From NCBI GenBank assembly GCA_041581135.1, contig JBFGCM010000003.1, forward strand, positions 9,479 to 73,478: a stretch of 64,000 nucleotides of DNA, read 5' to 3'. Under the pieces are notes generated by a model. That model searched no databases, was not told where the DNA came from, and saw only the letters and a program-made list of their open reading frames with translations. The position numbers were made by a program, and so were the translations under genes. Shown in pieces: positions 46,004 to 55,363 of this stretch. Positions within the stretch are counted from its first letter, which is position 1. The number at the start of each line of letters is the position of its first letter. The DNA comes from Acidimicrobiia bacterium. Its GTDB lineage: Bacteria > Actinomycetota > Acidimicrobiia > Spongiisociales > UBA5794.

Positions 46004-46066
46004 GTCCGAAGTCTGAAGTCTGAAGTCTGAAGTCTGAAGTCCGAAGTCCGAAGTCTGAAGTCCGAT
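46004..46066. repeat. heptanucleotide microsatellite (GTCYGAA) x 9
   Basis: Counted unit by unit: GTCCGAA, GTCTGAA x4, GTCCGAA x2, GTCTGAA, GTCCGAT. It lies in the non-coding gap between the convergent glgA and kgd genes. Confidence 0.95.
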
Positions 46067-46110
46067 ATCGTTTCTAGCGCCTCGACGGGTCACCCCGATC
46101 TCGGACTTCG
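46042..46110 (-). repeat. hairpin repeat element, copy C (minus orientation)
   Basis: The minus strand reads CGAAGTCCGAGA, 19 nt, GCGCT, 11 nt, CGGACTTC, the same architecture as copies A and B. The distal arm continues into the heptamer array. Confidence 0.7.
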
Positions 46111-46317
46111 TAGAGCCGGGCCGGCGTGGGGCGGGTGAGGGCTCAGTCCACGTGGAGTCGCCAGCCCGTCGCACGGATGTCGTAGAGGCGGGTCGGCGCG
46201 AGGAGCGCAAACTCGCCTGACCGGTTCTGGCTCGGGCTCCGTCGCGTCGGATCGGGTGTCGTGGAGGCGGGTAGGCGAACGGACGTCGTGCCGCCCACGC
46301 ACCGAACCCACGACCCC

Positions 46318-49300
46318 CTACTCGTAGGCGAGCTCCACGATGCGGCGCTGCTCGCGCACGTGGGTCTTGGGATTGCCGGTTGCCGGGCTGGCGCTCTCCT
46401 TGCGATAGATCCCTCTGCTCGAACGACCGGCGGCCACGAACAGGTACCGCGACATGAACCGCCACGCTCCCATGTTGGCTGGCTCCTCCTGGACCCACAC
46501 CAGCTCGGCGTCGCCGTACGGGGCGAGCACCTCGTTCAGCTCCTCGGCGGGGAAGGGGTACAGCTCTTCGACCCGTACGAGCGCCACGTCGTCGGGCTGG
46601 GCCTTCAGCAAGTCGTAGTACACCTTCCCGGCACACAGCACCACACGGCGCGCACCTGAGGTCACCCGGGAGTCCCCGATGACGCGGCGAAACCCGCCAT
46701 CGCTGAACTCATCGATGGGGCTGTAGGACTCCTTGGTGCGCAGCAGCGATTTGGGCGTCATCACGATGAGCGGCTTCCTGACCGGGTGCAGTGCCTGGCG
46801 GCGGAACATGTGGAAGTGCTGGGCTGCCGTGCTGGGGACCACCACTCGCACGTTCTCCTCTGCCGCGTTGGTGAGGAACCGCTCGAGGCGGGCGCTGGAG
46901 TGTTCGGGCCCTTGTCCTTCGAATCCGTGGGGCAACAGCAGGGTGAGTGACGAAGTCTGGTTCCACTTGTCCTCGCCCGTCATCAGGAACTGATCGATCA
47001 CCACCTGGGCCCCGTTGACGAAGTCGCCGAACTGGGCCTCCCACATGACGAGTGCATCGGGCGCCTCGACCGAGTACCCGTACTCGAACCCCATCGCAGC
47101 GAACTCGCTGAGCAGGCTGTCGACGATACGAAGGGGCGCTTGCTCGGGATGGAGGTCGCGCAGCGGCACCCATTCCTCTTCGGTCTCGTAGTCGACGAGC
47201 GCCGCATGGCGGTGACTGAAGGTGCCGCGCTGGCTGTCCTCACCGGCCAGCCGCACCGGCCGTCCCTCCAACGACAGCGAGCCCCATGCCAGCGATTCGG
47301 CCAGGGCCCAGTCGGCCATCCCGGACTCGAAGAGCGCATGGCGGTCATCCAGGGTCTTCGCCAGCTTGGGATGCACCACGAAGCCTTGCGGCAAGGCATG
47401 GAGCTTCGCCTCGATGGCAGCCAGCTGATCACGGTCGACGGACGTGTCGATCGGAGTCGTCGGGTCGCCCTTCTCGGGCGGTACGAACGGCTCGGGCTCT
47501 TGATCCCTGGTGGCGTCGAACGCCGCATCGAGCTGCTGCTTGAAGGACGTGAGCACCTCCTCGGCTTGCTCGATTGTGATGTCTGCGCGGTTGACGAGGC
47601 GCTCCATGTAGAGCTTGCGCACAGAGCGGTGCTTGTCGATCGCCCGGTACATCCGGGGCTGGGTGTAGGACGGCTCGTCGCCCTCGTTGTGCCCCAACCG
47701 CCGGTAGCAGATCAGATCGATGACGATGTCCTTGTGGAACGCCTGCCGGAACGAAAACGCAAGCCGGGCCATGCGAACCACCGCTTCGGGATCGTCTGCG
47801 TTCACGTGGATGATGGGCGCTTGGACCGCCTTGGCGATGTCGGTGGCGTAGAAGCTCGACCGGGCTTCGGCGGCGCTCGTGGTGAAGCCCACCTGGTTGT
47901 TCACGACGATGTGCACGGTGCCGCCGGTGTAGTACCCGGGGAGCTGGCTCAGGTTGAGAGTTTCGGCAACCACGCCTTGTCCGGCGAAGGCCGCATCGCC
48001 GTGGATGAGGAGGGGCAGCACCAGGTCGTCCGCTCCGGCGCCGCGCCGCTCCTGCTTGGCGCGCACGATTCCTTCGAGCACGGGATCGACCCCCTCCAGG
48101 TGGCTCGGGTTCGCGGCCACTTGGATGTTGATCGTGTTGCCGGCCGGCGAGGTGTGGGATCCATGTGCGCCGAGGTGGTACTTGACGTCACCGGAGAACT
48201 CTCCCTCATGGTCTGCTTCACCTTCGAACTCGCGGAAGATCCTCTCGAGGCTCTTGCCGACGATGTTGGCGAGCACGTTGAGCCGGCCCCTGTGGGCCAT
48301 GCCGATCGTGGCCTCGTCCATGCCGGCATCGGCAGCGGCATTGAGCACGGCATCGATCAGCGGGATCAGCGACTCCGACCCTTCGAGGCTGAATCGCTTG
48401 GCACCGAGAAACTTGGTGTGGAGGAAGCGCTCGAAGGCCTCGGCGTCGTTGAGCTTGCCCAGAATGGCGAGCTTGTCGTCGACGCTCAGTGGCTCACTTG
48501 GGCGCTCCACGTGCGTCTGGATCCAGACCTTCTGGTCAGGCTCCTGGATGTGCATGTACTCGAGGCCGACGGTGCGGCAGTAGGCGTCGCGCAGCAGGCC
48601 GAGGATGTTGCCCAGCTTCATTCGGCTGTGGCCGCCAAGATCGCCGGTGGCGAACTCCCGCTCCAGGTCCCAGATGGTGAGGTTGTAGGTGAGCGGGTCC
48701 AGCTCGGGATGGATGATCGGCGGGTCCTGCCGCAGCGGATCGAGGTCGGCGATGAGGTGGCCGCGCACTCGGTACATGTTGATGAGTTGGAAGACCCGAG
48801 CCTGCTTCTCGGCCCACGGCCGGCTTCCCGGCGGCGGATTCGAGTCGGTGGCCCACCGTGCCGGCACGTACGGGACCGACATCGACGCGAACACGTCGTC
48901 GTAGAACCCATCGTCGCCGAGCAACAGGCGGTGGACTCGTTGGAGGAAGAGCCCGCTCTCGGCACCCTGGATGATGCGGTGGTCGTAGGTGCTGGTCATG
49001 GTCAGCGCGCGTCCCACCCCCGCCTGCGCCAACATGATCGGATCGGCGCCCTCGTACTCGGGTGGGTAGCCAATGGCGCCGACGCCGACGATGAGGCCCT
49101 GGTCCTTCATCAGCCGTGGCACCGATTGCACGGTGCCCACCGTGCCGGGGTTCGTGAGCGTGACCGTGGTCCCGGCGAAATCGTCCGGCGTGATCTCACC
49201 GGCGCGGACGCGGCGGATGACGTCCTCGTACGCCAGCCAGTAGCTGTGGAAGTCCATCTTGTCGACGCCCTTGATGTTCGGGACCAGCAAGGTGCGGGAG

Positions 49301-49917
49301 CCGTCCTTGCGCTCGAGATCGACCGCCAGCCCGAGGTTGATGGACTTGAACCTGACCAGGTGTGGCTCGCCGTCGATCTCGCGGAATGCGGCGTTCATGG
49401 CAGGGCGGTCCATGATGGCTCTCACCACCGCCCATCCGATGAGGTGCGTGAAGCTGACCTTGCCTCCCTCGACCAGGCGGGCGAGCTGGTTGTTCAGGAT
49501 CCTGCGGTTGACTTCGAGCAACTTGGCCGGGAAGGTCCGCACCGACGTGGCCGTGGGCAAGTCCCTGCTCTCGTCCATGCGTTCGGCGATGGTCGCCAGC
49601 GCGCCGCGCAGGGGGACGATTTCCTCGTCGCCGGAGGTGGCGGGCGTAGCTGATTTCTCCGGTGCGGTCTCCGCCGGAGTGGCCGCCGGTTGCGGTGCGT
49701 GCGACGGTGCTTCCGTCGCCGGAGCTGTGGTCGGTACCGGAGCGGTCTCGGTTGCAGGGAGGGTGGTCGGTACGTAGTCGGCGAAGTACTCCCTCCAGGC
49801 CTCGCTCACCGAATCGGGCGCTTCCAGGAAGCGCCGATACATCTGGTCCACCAGCCAGGTGTTCGGACCGAACTCGGCATGGTCGATGCTGGTGTCTGGC
49901 TCGCTCATTCCGTTCAT
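46318..49917 (-). CDS. kgd: multifunctional 2-oxoglutarate dehydrogenase E1 / decarboxylase with N-terminal E2-like succinyltransferase domain (actinobacterial Kgd type)
   Basis: About 1200 aa. Acyltransferase-like segment ending DHRIIQGAESGLFL, followed by the E1 ThDP domain (HRGRLNVLANIVGK, AAFAGQGVV). Start at MNGMSEPD (49917) or MSEPD (49908). Confidence 0.92.
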   Translation of the reverse strand: MNGMSEPDTSIDHAEFGPNTWLVDQMYRRFLEAPDSVSEAWREYFADYVPTTLPATETAPVPTTAPATEAPSHAPQPAATPAETAPEKSATPATSGDEEIVPLRGALATIAERMDESRDLPTATSVRTFPAKLLEVNRRILNNQLARLVEGGKVSFTHLIGWAVVRAIMDRPAMNAAFREIDGEPHLVRFKSINLGLAVDLERKDGSRTLLVPNIKGVDKMDFHSYWLAYEDVIRRVRAGEITPDDFAGTTVTLTNPGTVGTVQSVPRLMKDQGLIVGVGAIGYPPEYEGADPIMLAQAGVGRALTMTSTYDHRIIQGAESGLFLQRVHRLLLGDDGFYDDVFASMSVPYVPARWATDSNPPPGSRPWAEKQARVFQLINMYRVRGHLIADLDPLRQDPPIIHPELDPLTYNLTIWDLEREFATGDLGGHSRMKLGNILGLLRDAYCRTVGLEYMHIQEPDQKVWIQTHVERPSEPLSVDDKLAILGKLNDAEAFERFLHTKFLGAKRFSLEGSESLIPLIDAVLNAAADAGMDEATIGMAHRGRLNVLANIVGKSLERIFREFEGEADHEGEFSGDVKYHLGAHGSHTSPAGNTINIQVAANPSHLEGVDPVLEGIVRAKQERRGAGADDLVLPLLIHGDAAFAGQGVVAETLNLSQLPGYYTGGTVHIVVNNQVGFTTSAAEARSSFYATDIAKAVQAPIIHVNADDPEAVVRMARLAFSFRQAFHKDIVIDLICYRRLGHNEGDEPSYTQPRMYRAIDKHRSVRKLYMERLVNRADITIEQAEEVLTSFKQQLDAAFDATRDQEPEPFVPPEKGDPTTPIDTSVDRDQLAAIEAKLHALPQGFVVHPKLAKTLDDRHALFESGMADWALAESLAWGSLSLEGRPVRLAGEDSQRGTFSHRHAALVDYETEEEWVPLRDLHPEQAPLRIVDSLLSEFAAMGFEYGYSVEAPDALVMWEAQFGDFVNGAQVVIDQFLMTGEDKWNQTSSLTLLLPHGFEGQGPEHSSARLERFLTNAAEENVRVVVPSTAAQHFHMFRRQALHPVRKPLIVMTPKSLLRTKESYSPIDEFSDGGFRRVIGDSRVTSGARRVVLCAGKVYYDLLKAQPDDVALVRVEELYPFPAEELNEVLAPYGDAELVWVQEEPANMGAWRFMSRYLFVAAGRSSRGIYRKESASPATGNPKTHVREQRRIVELAYE

Positions 49918-50029
49918 GGTAACGAGACGACGACGCCGGGTTCGTGCAGGGCGGCGAATCGTCGGTAGCCTGTAGGGCTGACCCCCGACTTCCGGTGCTT
50001 CAGCGTGCTTCGCGAAGTGCCGATGATGC

Positions 50030-53000
50030 ATGGGCAGAGCTCGCGAGGGGCAGTTGGCAGACAGACGACGGCGGTGGAAGAGCCGGCCCTTCCGGGCCGG
50101 ACTGGTTCGCTTCGCGGCATTTGCGATACCAATCGTGGCTGCCGTCGTGGCGGCGATCAGCGCTGCTCAGCTTCTTCCGGTTCCCGAAGATCCGCTCCAA
50201 GAGGTGCTGTGGTGGGTGGCGGTCATCTCGGTTTCATTGGTGGCGCTCTTCGTGTTCGACCGCATCGCTCGCAGGCTGCTGCCGCTGGCGGTGCTCCTCC
50301 GCTTGTCGCTGGTGTTCCCCGACCAGGCTCCGTCCCGCTACCGGCTGGCGCTGCGGTCCGGATCCACCCGCCTCCTCCGGGCGCAGGTGGAGTACGCCCG
50401 GTCGCACGGCATCGACGACAGCCCGACCCGATCTGCCGAGTTCATCCTCTCGCTGACGGCGGCGCTCACTTCGCACGACCGCATCACCCGGGGCCACGCC
50501 GAACGCACCCGGGCATACGCAGACCTCATCGGTGAAGAGCTGAAGCTCGACGATCGCGACCGCAATCTGCTGCGGTGGGCGGCACTCCTGCACGACATCG
50601 GCAAGCTGGCCGTGGCCGCCGAGATCCTCAACCGCAGTCGGCCGCTGAACGAGCCGGAGTGGGAAGCCATCAAGCACCACCCCATGGACGGCTACGACCT
50701 GGCGGCGCCACTCCACGACTTCCTCGGAGAGTGGGCGGAGTCGATCGCCATGCACCATGAGCGGTGGGACGGTTCCGGCTATCCCCGGGGCATCGCCGCG
50801 GATGACATCGCCCTCGGCGCCCGGATCGTTTCGGTGGCCGATGCCTACGACGCCATGACCGCGGCACGCTCCTACAGCCGGCCCGTGCCGGCCGCTGCCG
50901 CCCGCCGCGAGCTGGCCACCCAGGCCGGTAGCCAGTTCGACCCCGCCATCGTGCGTGCCTTCCTCAATGTCTCCATCGGCCGGCTCCGCTGGATCATGGG
51001 TCCGCTGGCCATCCTCGCCCAGCTGCCGTTCCTCGGCGGCTTGCAGCGTGTCGGTGAAGTCGCCGGCGTGGTGGCCGGCGGGGTAGCCGCCGTCGGGGCG
51101 CTCATGCTGGGGGGCGCCGTCACTCCGGACACGCCCCTCATCGAGCCCGGGCCTCGCATCGAAGTGCTCGCCGCCGCAACGGAGGTGGTGGTGGAACCCG
51201 ACGTCGCCGACCTCGAGTCCGTCGAGATCACCTCGGAGCCGCTCTTCGGTACGGCGATGATCCGTCCCGACGGCTCCGTCACGTACGCGCCGAATCCGGG
51301 ATACGAGGGGTCCGACACGTTCACGATCATGACGTGCACCACATCGGGTGCATGCATCGAACAAGACGTGGTCGTCACCGTGACCGCTCCACCGTTGGCA
51401 GCTGGAGAGGAGCCGCTGGACCCGGGACCCACCACCACGATCCCACCGCCGCCGCCCACGACTGCTGCCACGACGACCACGACGAGCGCGCCGACCGGCG
51501 GTGCGACGACGACTACGACGGCGGCGACGACCTCCACGACGGCGGCCGCGGCCACGACGACGACGACCACCGCCGGGGCCACGACAACGACCACGATGGC
51601 ACCCGCGACGACGACGTCCACCACGAGTACCACCACCACCACCACCACCACCACGAGCACGACGATGCCCCCGGGCCCGGCGGTCGTCGCCGATGCGTTC
51701 GTCACCAACGAGGACACGGCGGTGACCGCGTCGGTGACGGCCAACGACCCGGGCCCCGGCCTCGATCTGGTATCGCTGCGCATCGTCACCGGACCCACCT
51801 CGGGAACCGCAGCGCTCGCCGGAGGCGGATCGGTGACGTACACCCCGACGCCGAACTTCTTCGGTGCGGACTCCTTCGTGTACGAGATCTGCGACACGAG
51901 CGGTCTGTGCGCCACTGCCATGGTCGCCGTGACGGTGGTCGCAGTGAACGATGCTCCGGTCGCGGTCGACGACACGGCGTCGACCAACGAGGACGAGGCC
52001 GTGGTGGTCAATGTGTGGATCAACGACAGCGACGTCGAGAGCGACATCGACCCCGCCAGCGTGTCGGTGGACACCCCACCGACGTCGGGCTCGGCTGTGC
52101 CTGACGGCCTGGGCGGTGTGATCTACACCCCGGCGCTCAACACGAACGGCATCGACACGTTCACCTACCAGATCTGTGACTTGGCCGGGGCCTGTTCTAC
52201 GGCGACCGTGACGGTCACGGTGGCCGCCGTGAACGATGCCCCTGACGCCGTGGACGACACCTCTGCCACCGACCCGGGCGTGCCCGTGACCATCGATGTG
52301 CTGGCGAACGACTCCGATGCCGAATCAGACCCGATCGCCGTCACCTCGTGGGATGCCACGTCGACCTTCGGCGGAACGATCACGTGCGGGCCGTCCACCT
52401 GCACGTACACACCTCCCGTCGGCAGCTGGGCCACCACCGATACGTTCACCTACACGATCGCTGACCCCGACGGTGCGGCCGACACCGCCACGGTGAGCGT
52501 CGACCCGAACTTCGTCGTGGCCGAACTGGGCGTGCAGCCGGCGGGACTGGGTGACCAGGTATCGCAGCCGATCCTGCCCTTGACGTTCGATGCGACGCCG
52601 GGCAACGCCACGCTGCCGAACTACGACGCCGACCGCAACCCCGATCCGGGCCTCACCATTCTCATCGGGCCGCCGGGGATCGCGGCACAGCTGGCGGAGA
52701 CCGACCCCGCCAAGTTCCAGCTGTGGGCGCACGCTGCCACGTCCGACGTCGAGCTCGACGGTGCCGTGACGTTCACCATCTGGAGTGCCATGGATGGGCT
52801 GGCCGGAGGACTCACCGGACGGCTTCGGGTCTTCCTGCTCGATTGCCCCGCTTCGACCGTCGACGGCACCGACTGCACGGAGCTGGACCACAAGACCATC
52901 ACGAACATTCCGTGGCCGGCGGCGTGGGAAGAGGTGACCATGAACTTCGGCCCCATCCTGCACACGGTCCCGGCGGGCAATCTGTTGGCCATCAAGGTGG

Positions 53001-53095
53001 TGGTGCCGCCGACGTCGAGCGCCGACATGTGGTTCGCCTTCGGGGCCACGGGCTTCGAGAGCACACTGACGGTTCGAGCCAACTCACCGCTGTAG
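50030..53095 (+). CDS. membrane HD-GYP domain protein fused to Thr-rich linker, cadherin-like modules and an unassigned C-terminal beta-rich domain
   Basis: Two N-terminal TMs. HD-GYP core (HAERT...LLHDIGK...HHERWDGSGYP, about 50447-50960). Two further hydrophobic segments. Poly-Thr/Ala region (about 51425-51673). VNDAP...DD...V..ND.D modules. Confidence 0.85.
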   Translation: MGRAREGQLADRRRRWKSRPFRAGLVRFAAFAIPIVAAVVAAISAAQLLPVPEDPLQEVLWWVAVISVSLVALFVFDRIARRLLPLAVLLRLSLVFPDQAPSRYRLALRSGSTRLLRAQVEYARSHGIDDSPTRSAEFILSLTAALTSHDRITRGHAERTRAYADLIGEELKLDDRDRNLLRWAALLHDIGKLAVAAEILNRSRPLNEPEWEAIKHHPMDGYDLAAPLHDFLGEWAESIAMHHERWDGSGYPRGIAADDIALGARIVSVADAYDAMTAARSYSRPVPAAAARRELATQAGSQFDPAIVRAFLNVSIGRLRWIMGPLAILAQLPFLGGLQRVGEVAGVVAGGVAAVGALMLGGAVTPDTPLIEPGPRIEVLAAATEVVVEPDVADLESVEITSEPLFGTAMIRPDGSVTYAPNPGYEGSDTFTIMTCTTSGACIEQDVVVTVTAPPLAAGEEPLDPGPTTTIPPPPPTTAATTTTTSAPTGGATTTTTAATTSTTAAAATTTTTTAGATTTTTMAPATTTSTTSTTTTTTTTTSTTMPPGPAVVADAFVTNEDTAVTASVTANDPGPGLDLVSLRIVTGPTSGTAALAGGGSVTYTPTPNFFGADSFVYEICDTSGLCATAMVAVTVVAVNDAPVAVDDTASTNEDEAVVVNVWINDSDVESDIDPASVSVDTPPTSGSAVPDGLGGVIYTPALNTNGIDTFTYQICDLAGACSTATVTVTVAAVNDAPDAVDDTSATDPGVPVTIDVLANDSDAESDPIAVTSWDATSTFGGTITCGPSTCTYTPPVGSWATTDTFTYTIADPDGAADTATVSVDPNFVVAELGVQPAGLGDQVSQPILPLTFDATPGNATLPNYDADRNPDPGLTILIGPPGIAAQLAETDPAKFQLWAHAATSDVELDGAVTFTIWSAMDGLAGGLTGRLRVFLLDCPASTVDGTDCTELDHKTITNIPWPAAWEEVTMNFGPILHTVPAGNLLAIKVVVPPTSSADMWFAFGATGFESTLTVRANSPL

Positions 53096-53186
53096 GTGAT
53101 TGAAGCGGGTCTCAGGCCTGGCGCCACACTGCCAACTCACCGCTGTCGGTGATTGAAGCGGGTCTCAGGCCTGGCGCCACACTGCG
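53081..53186. repeat. 53-bp tandem direct duplication (2 copies; internal mismatch at 53094 vs 53147, terminal bases 53133 vs 53186 also differ)
   Basis: AACTCACCGCTGT(A/C)GGTGATTGAAGCGGGTCTCAGGCCTGGCGCCACACTGC occurs at 53081 and again at 53134. Copy 1 holds the stop of the HD-GYP gene. Copy 2 holds the stop of the GH13 gene. Confidence 0.95.
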
Positions 53187-54631
53187 GCCGATCGCCCCGG
53201 CACGCTGAACCGCACGTTGTGCTCGCCGGCCTCGGCCGTCCCGGTGCCCCACACTTTGGCCAGCGTGGCCTGATGGGTGATCGACACCGACTCGGTCTCC
53301 TCTCCGGCGTTCACCGCAACCACCATCGAACCCGGTCCTTTGCCCCTTCGGAAGAGATACAGCATGGCGCCCCACTCCGATGAGTCCGGCCACAGCACCT
53401 GGTAGTCGGGTGCGCGTAGGGCGGCATGCTCGTGGCGGAGCCGGGTGAGGCTCGTGACGGTCTCCAACGTCTCCGTGTCCCAGGTGTCGGGCCGGTCCCA
53501 CGGGAATGAACGGCGGCAGTCCGGATCGCGGCCGCCGGGAAGGCCGACCTCGGTGCCGTAGTAGATGCAGGGCGGGCCGGGGAAGGTCAACAGCAACACG
53601 AGCGCCAGCTCGACCGAGGTGCGGTCGCCGCCGGCGATGGTGAGGATGCGGGCCGTGTCGTGGCTGTCGAGCAGGTTCAGGTTGGCGGTGTTGGCCGCGG
53701 GCCGGTAGATGGACAGTAGGTGGCGCATCTTGTCCCCGTACATGGCCGCATCCACGGGCGGCAAGATCTCGTAGTGGTGGTTGTCCAGGTCCATGCGCGG
53801 GTCCACCCGGCGCCCCGCCGTGAAGGCGATGGTGGGCCCGGTGAATTGGTAGTTCATGGTGGCGTCGAACCGGTTTCCGCGATTGACCCACTCCGCCGCT
53901 TCTCCCCACAGCTCGCCGACGATGTAGAGGTCGGGGTTGATGGCGCGCACCCGGCTGCGGAACTCCTCCCAGAATCCTGGCGTCGTGATCTCGCCGGGCA
54001 CGTCGAGGCGCCATCCGTCGATGCCCTTGCGTGCCCAATGCTCGGCGACCCGCATGAGGTACTCCCGGACATCCGGGTTGTCCGTGTTGAAGGCCGGTAG
54101 CGCCTTCAGTCCCCACCAGGCTTCGTAGTTGGCCGGCTTGGTCTCGTCGTACGGGTGGAGCGGCCACTCGCTGACGCGAAACCAGTCGATCCACGGTGAG
54201 TCGGGTCCGTTCTCGAGGATGTCGTGGAACTGGAAGAACCCGCGTGACGCGTGATTGAACACTCCGTCGAGCACCACACGAACATCTCTGGCGTGAGCTT
54301 CCTCCACGAGCTCGTCGAAGGCGTCGCCGCCACCGAGCAGCGGGTCGACTCGGTAGTAGTCATGGGTGTGGTACCGGTGATTCGACCCGCTCTGGAAGAT
54401 CGGGTTCAGATAGAGCGCGTTGACTCCGAGATCCACCAACCAGTCGAGCTTGTCGACGATGCCGAGCAGGTCGCCCCCTTTGTAGCCGTGGGTCGTGGGC
54501 AGAGCGTCCCAGGGCTCCAGCTGGGCCGTCGGCTGCTCCGTCTTCCCGGAACGGGCGAAGCGATCCGGAAAGATCTGGTAGAAGACGGCGTCCTGCACCC
54601 ACGCAGGCGGTTCGTTGAGTCGGGTGGTCAT
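53165..54631 (-). CDS. GH13 alpha-amylase-family glycoside hydrolase (neopullulanase/cyclomaltodextrinase/alpha-glucosidase-like)
   Basis: Start at the internal ATG (MTTRLNEPPAWVQDAVFYQIFPDRF). The four conserved GH13 regions are recognisable: LNPIF...HRYHTHDY, GWRLDVPGE, GELWGE, LLDSHDT. Confidence 0.9.
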   Translation of the reverse strand: MTTRLNEPPAWVQDAVFYQIFPDRFARSGKTEQPTAQLEPWDALPTTHGYKGGDLLGIVDKLDWLVDLGVNALYLNPIFQSGSNHRYHTHDYYRVDPLLGGGDAFDELVEEAHARDVRVVLDGVFNHASRGFFQFHDILENGPDSPWIDWFRVSEWPLHPYDETKPANYEAWWGLKALPAFNTDNPDVREYLMRVAEHWARKGIDGWRLDVPGEITTPGFWEEFRSRVRAINPDLYIVGELWGEAAEWVNRGNRFDATMNYQFTGPTIAFTAGRRVDPRMDLDNHHYEILPPVDAAMYGDKMRHLLSIYRPAANTANLNLLDSHDTARILTIAGGDRTSVELALVLLLTFPGPPCIYYGTEVGLPGGRDPDCRRSFPWDRPDTWDTETLETVTSLTRLRHEHAALRAPDYQVLWPDSSEWGAMLYLFRRGKGPGSMVVAVNAGEETESVSITHQATLAKVWGTGTAEAGEHNVRFSVPGRSAAVWRQA

Positions 54632-54797
54632 GAGCGGCACTCTATTCGGCGGATCTGAGTTCTCTGTATCGACACCTGGCGGCACACCCATGAGCGCGTC
54701 TGCCCGGCTCATCGAAAGCTCGTTCTCACGGCTCCGGCTACGGGGATAGCCTTCGTGGTAGAGCGGCTCGGGGGAGAGCCGCAGATTGGAGGGAATC

Positions 54798-55241
54798 GTG
54801 AAACATCGGAGCGTGCCAGTTCTGCTGGTGACCGCCTTGGCCGCGCTTGCGCTCGCAACTACGGGTGTCGTGTCGGCGTCGAGCGTCGCCGAGGACGGCT
54901 ACATGGTTGCGTCCGACTTCACGGCGGCCGCCCTGCCGGGCAGCCTCACCATTTCTGCGCCGGAGTGTGCGGATCCGGGGACGACCGTGTCCATCGGGCT
55001 GAGCTATGACGAGGTGTCGCCCACGACAGCCATCGTCAGGCTCAAGCAGCCGGTCAACGATCCGGCGACGTACCTTGCGGAAGAGAAGACCAACGTCCGG
55101 CGGGCCGCCTTGGCATCCACCGGGACGTCACACAACTTCTTCATCGATCCGTTCATCCAGATCGAGGGAACGGCCGTGGTGATGGCCCGGGTGTTGGGGG
55201 CCGGTTCGGCAAGCACGACCTTCGAGGTGCCGTGCCCGTAG
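54798..55241 (+). CDS. hypothetical secreted protein
   Basis: GTG at 54798 after GGAGGG. Signal peptide VKHRSVPVLLVTALAALALATTGVVSA. No recognisable family. Confidence 0.5.
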   Translation: MKHRSVPVLLVTALAALALATTGVVSASSVAEDGYMVASDFTAAALPGSLTISAPECADPGTTVSIGLSYDEVSPTTAIVRLKQPVNDPATYLAEEKTNVRRAALASTGTSHNFFIDPFIQIEGTAVVMARVLGAGSASTTFEVPCP

Positions 55242-55363
55242 ATCGGGTCTGTCACTTCGGATAGCCGGTTTTCCTGGTCATGGCGTCGGTTGCCGTCACC
55301 AACCGAGCGGTGCGATAGCGCCTAATCTCGGCAGGGCTCTGCGACGAATTCGAGGAGATCCTG

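Noticed and set aside
46004-46066. CRISPR array
   Set aside because: The units are 7 nt long and directly abutting, with no spacers, and no cas genes are in the window. It is a microsatellite, not a CRISPR array.
45692-46636. 314-aa minus-strand ORF crossing the heptamer array (translates as ...LQTSDFGLQTSDFRLQTSD...)
   Set aside because: It overlaps the 3' ends of both glgA and kgd and is Arg/Pro/Gly-rich. Its only periodicity is the 21-nt beat of the 7-nt repeat. There is no coding support.
50872-52074. 400-aa minus-strand ORF and short plus-strand ORFs over the Thr-rich region of the HD-GYP gene
   Set aside because: They are products of the low-complexity ACC/ACG-rich DNA (poly-Val/Gly on the opposite strand). 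They lie fully inside a CDS whose flanking domains are in one continuous frame.
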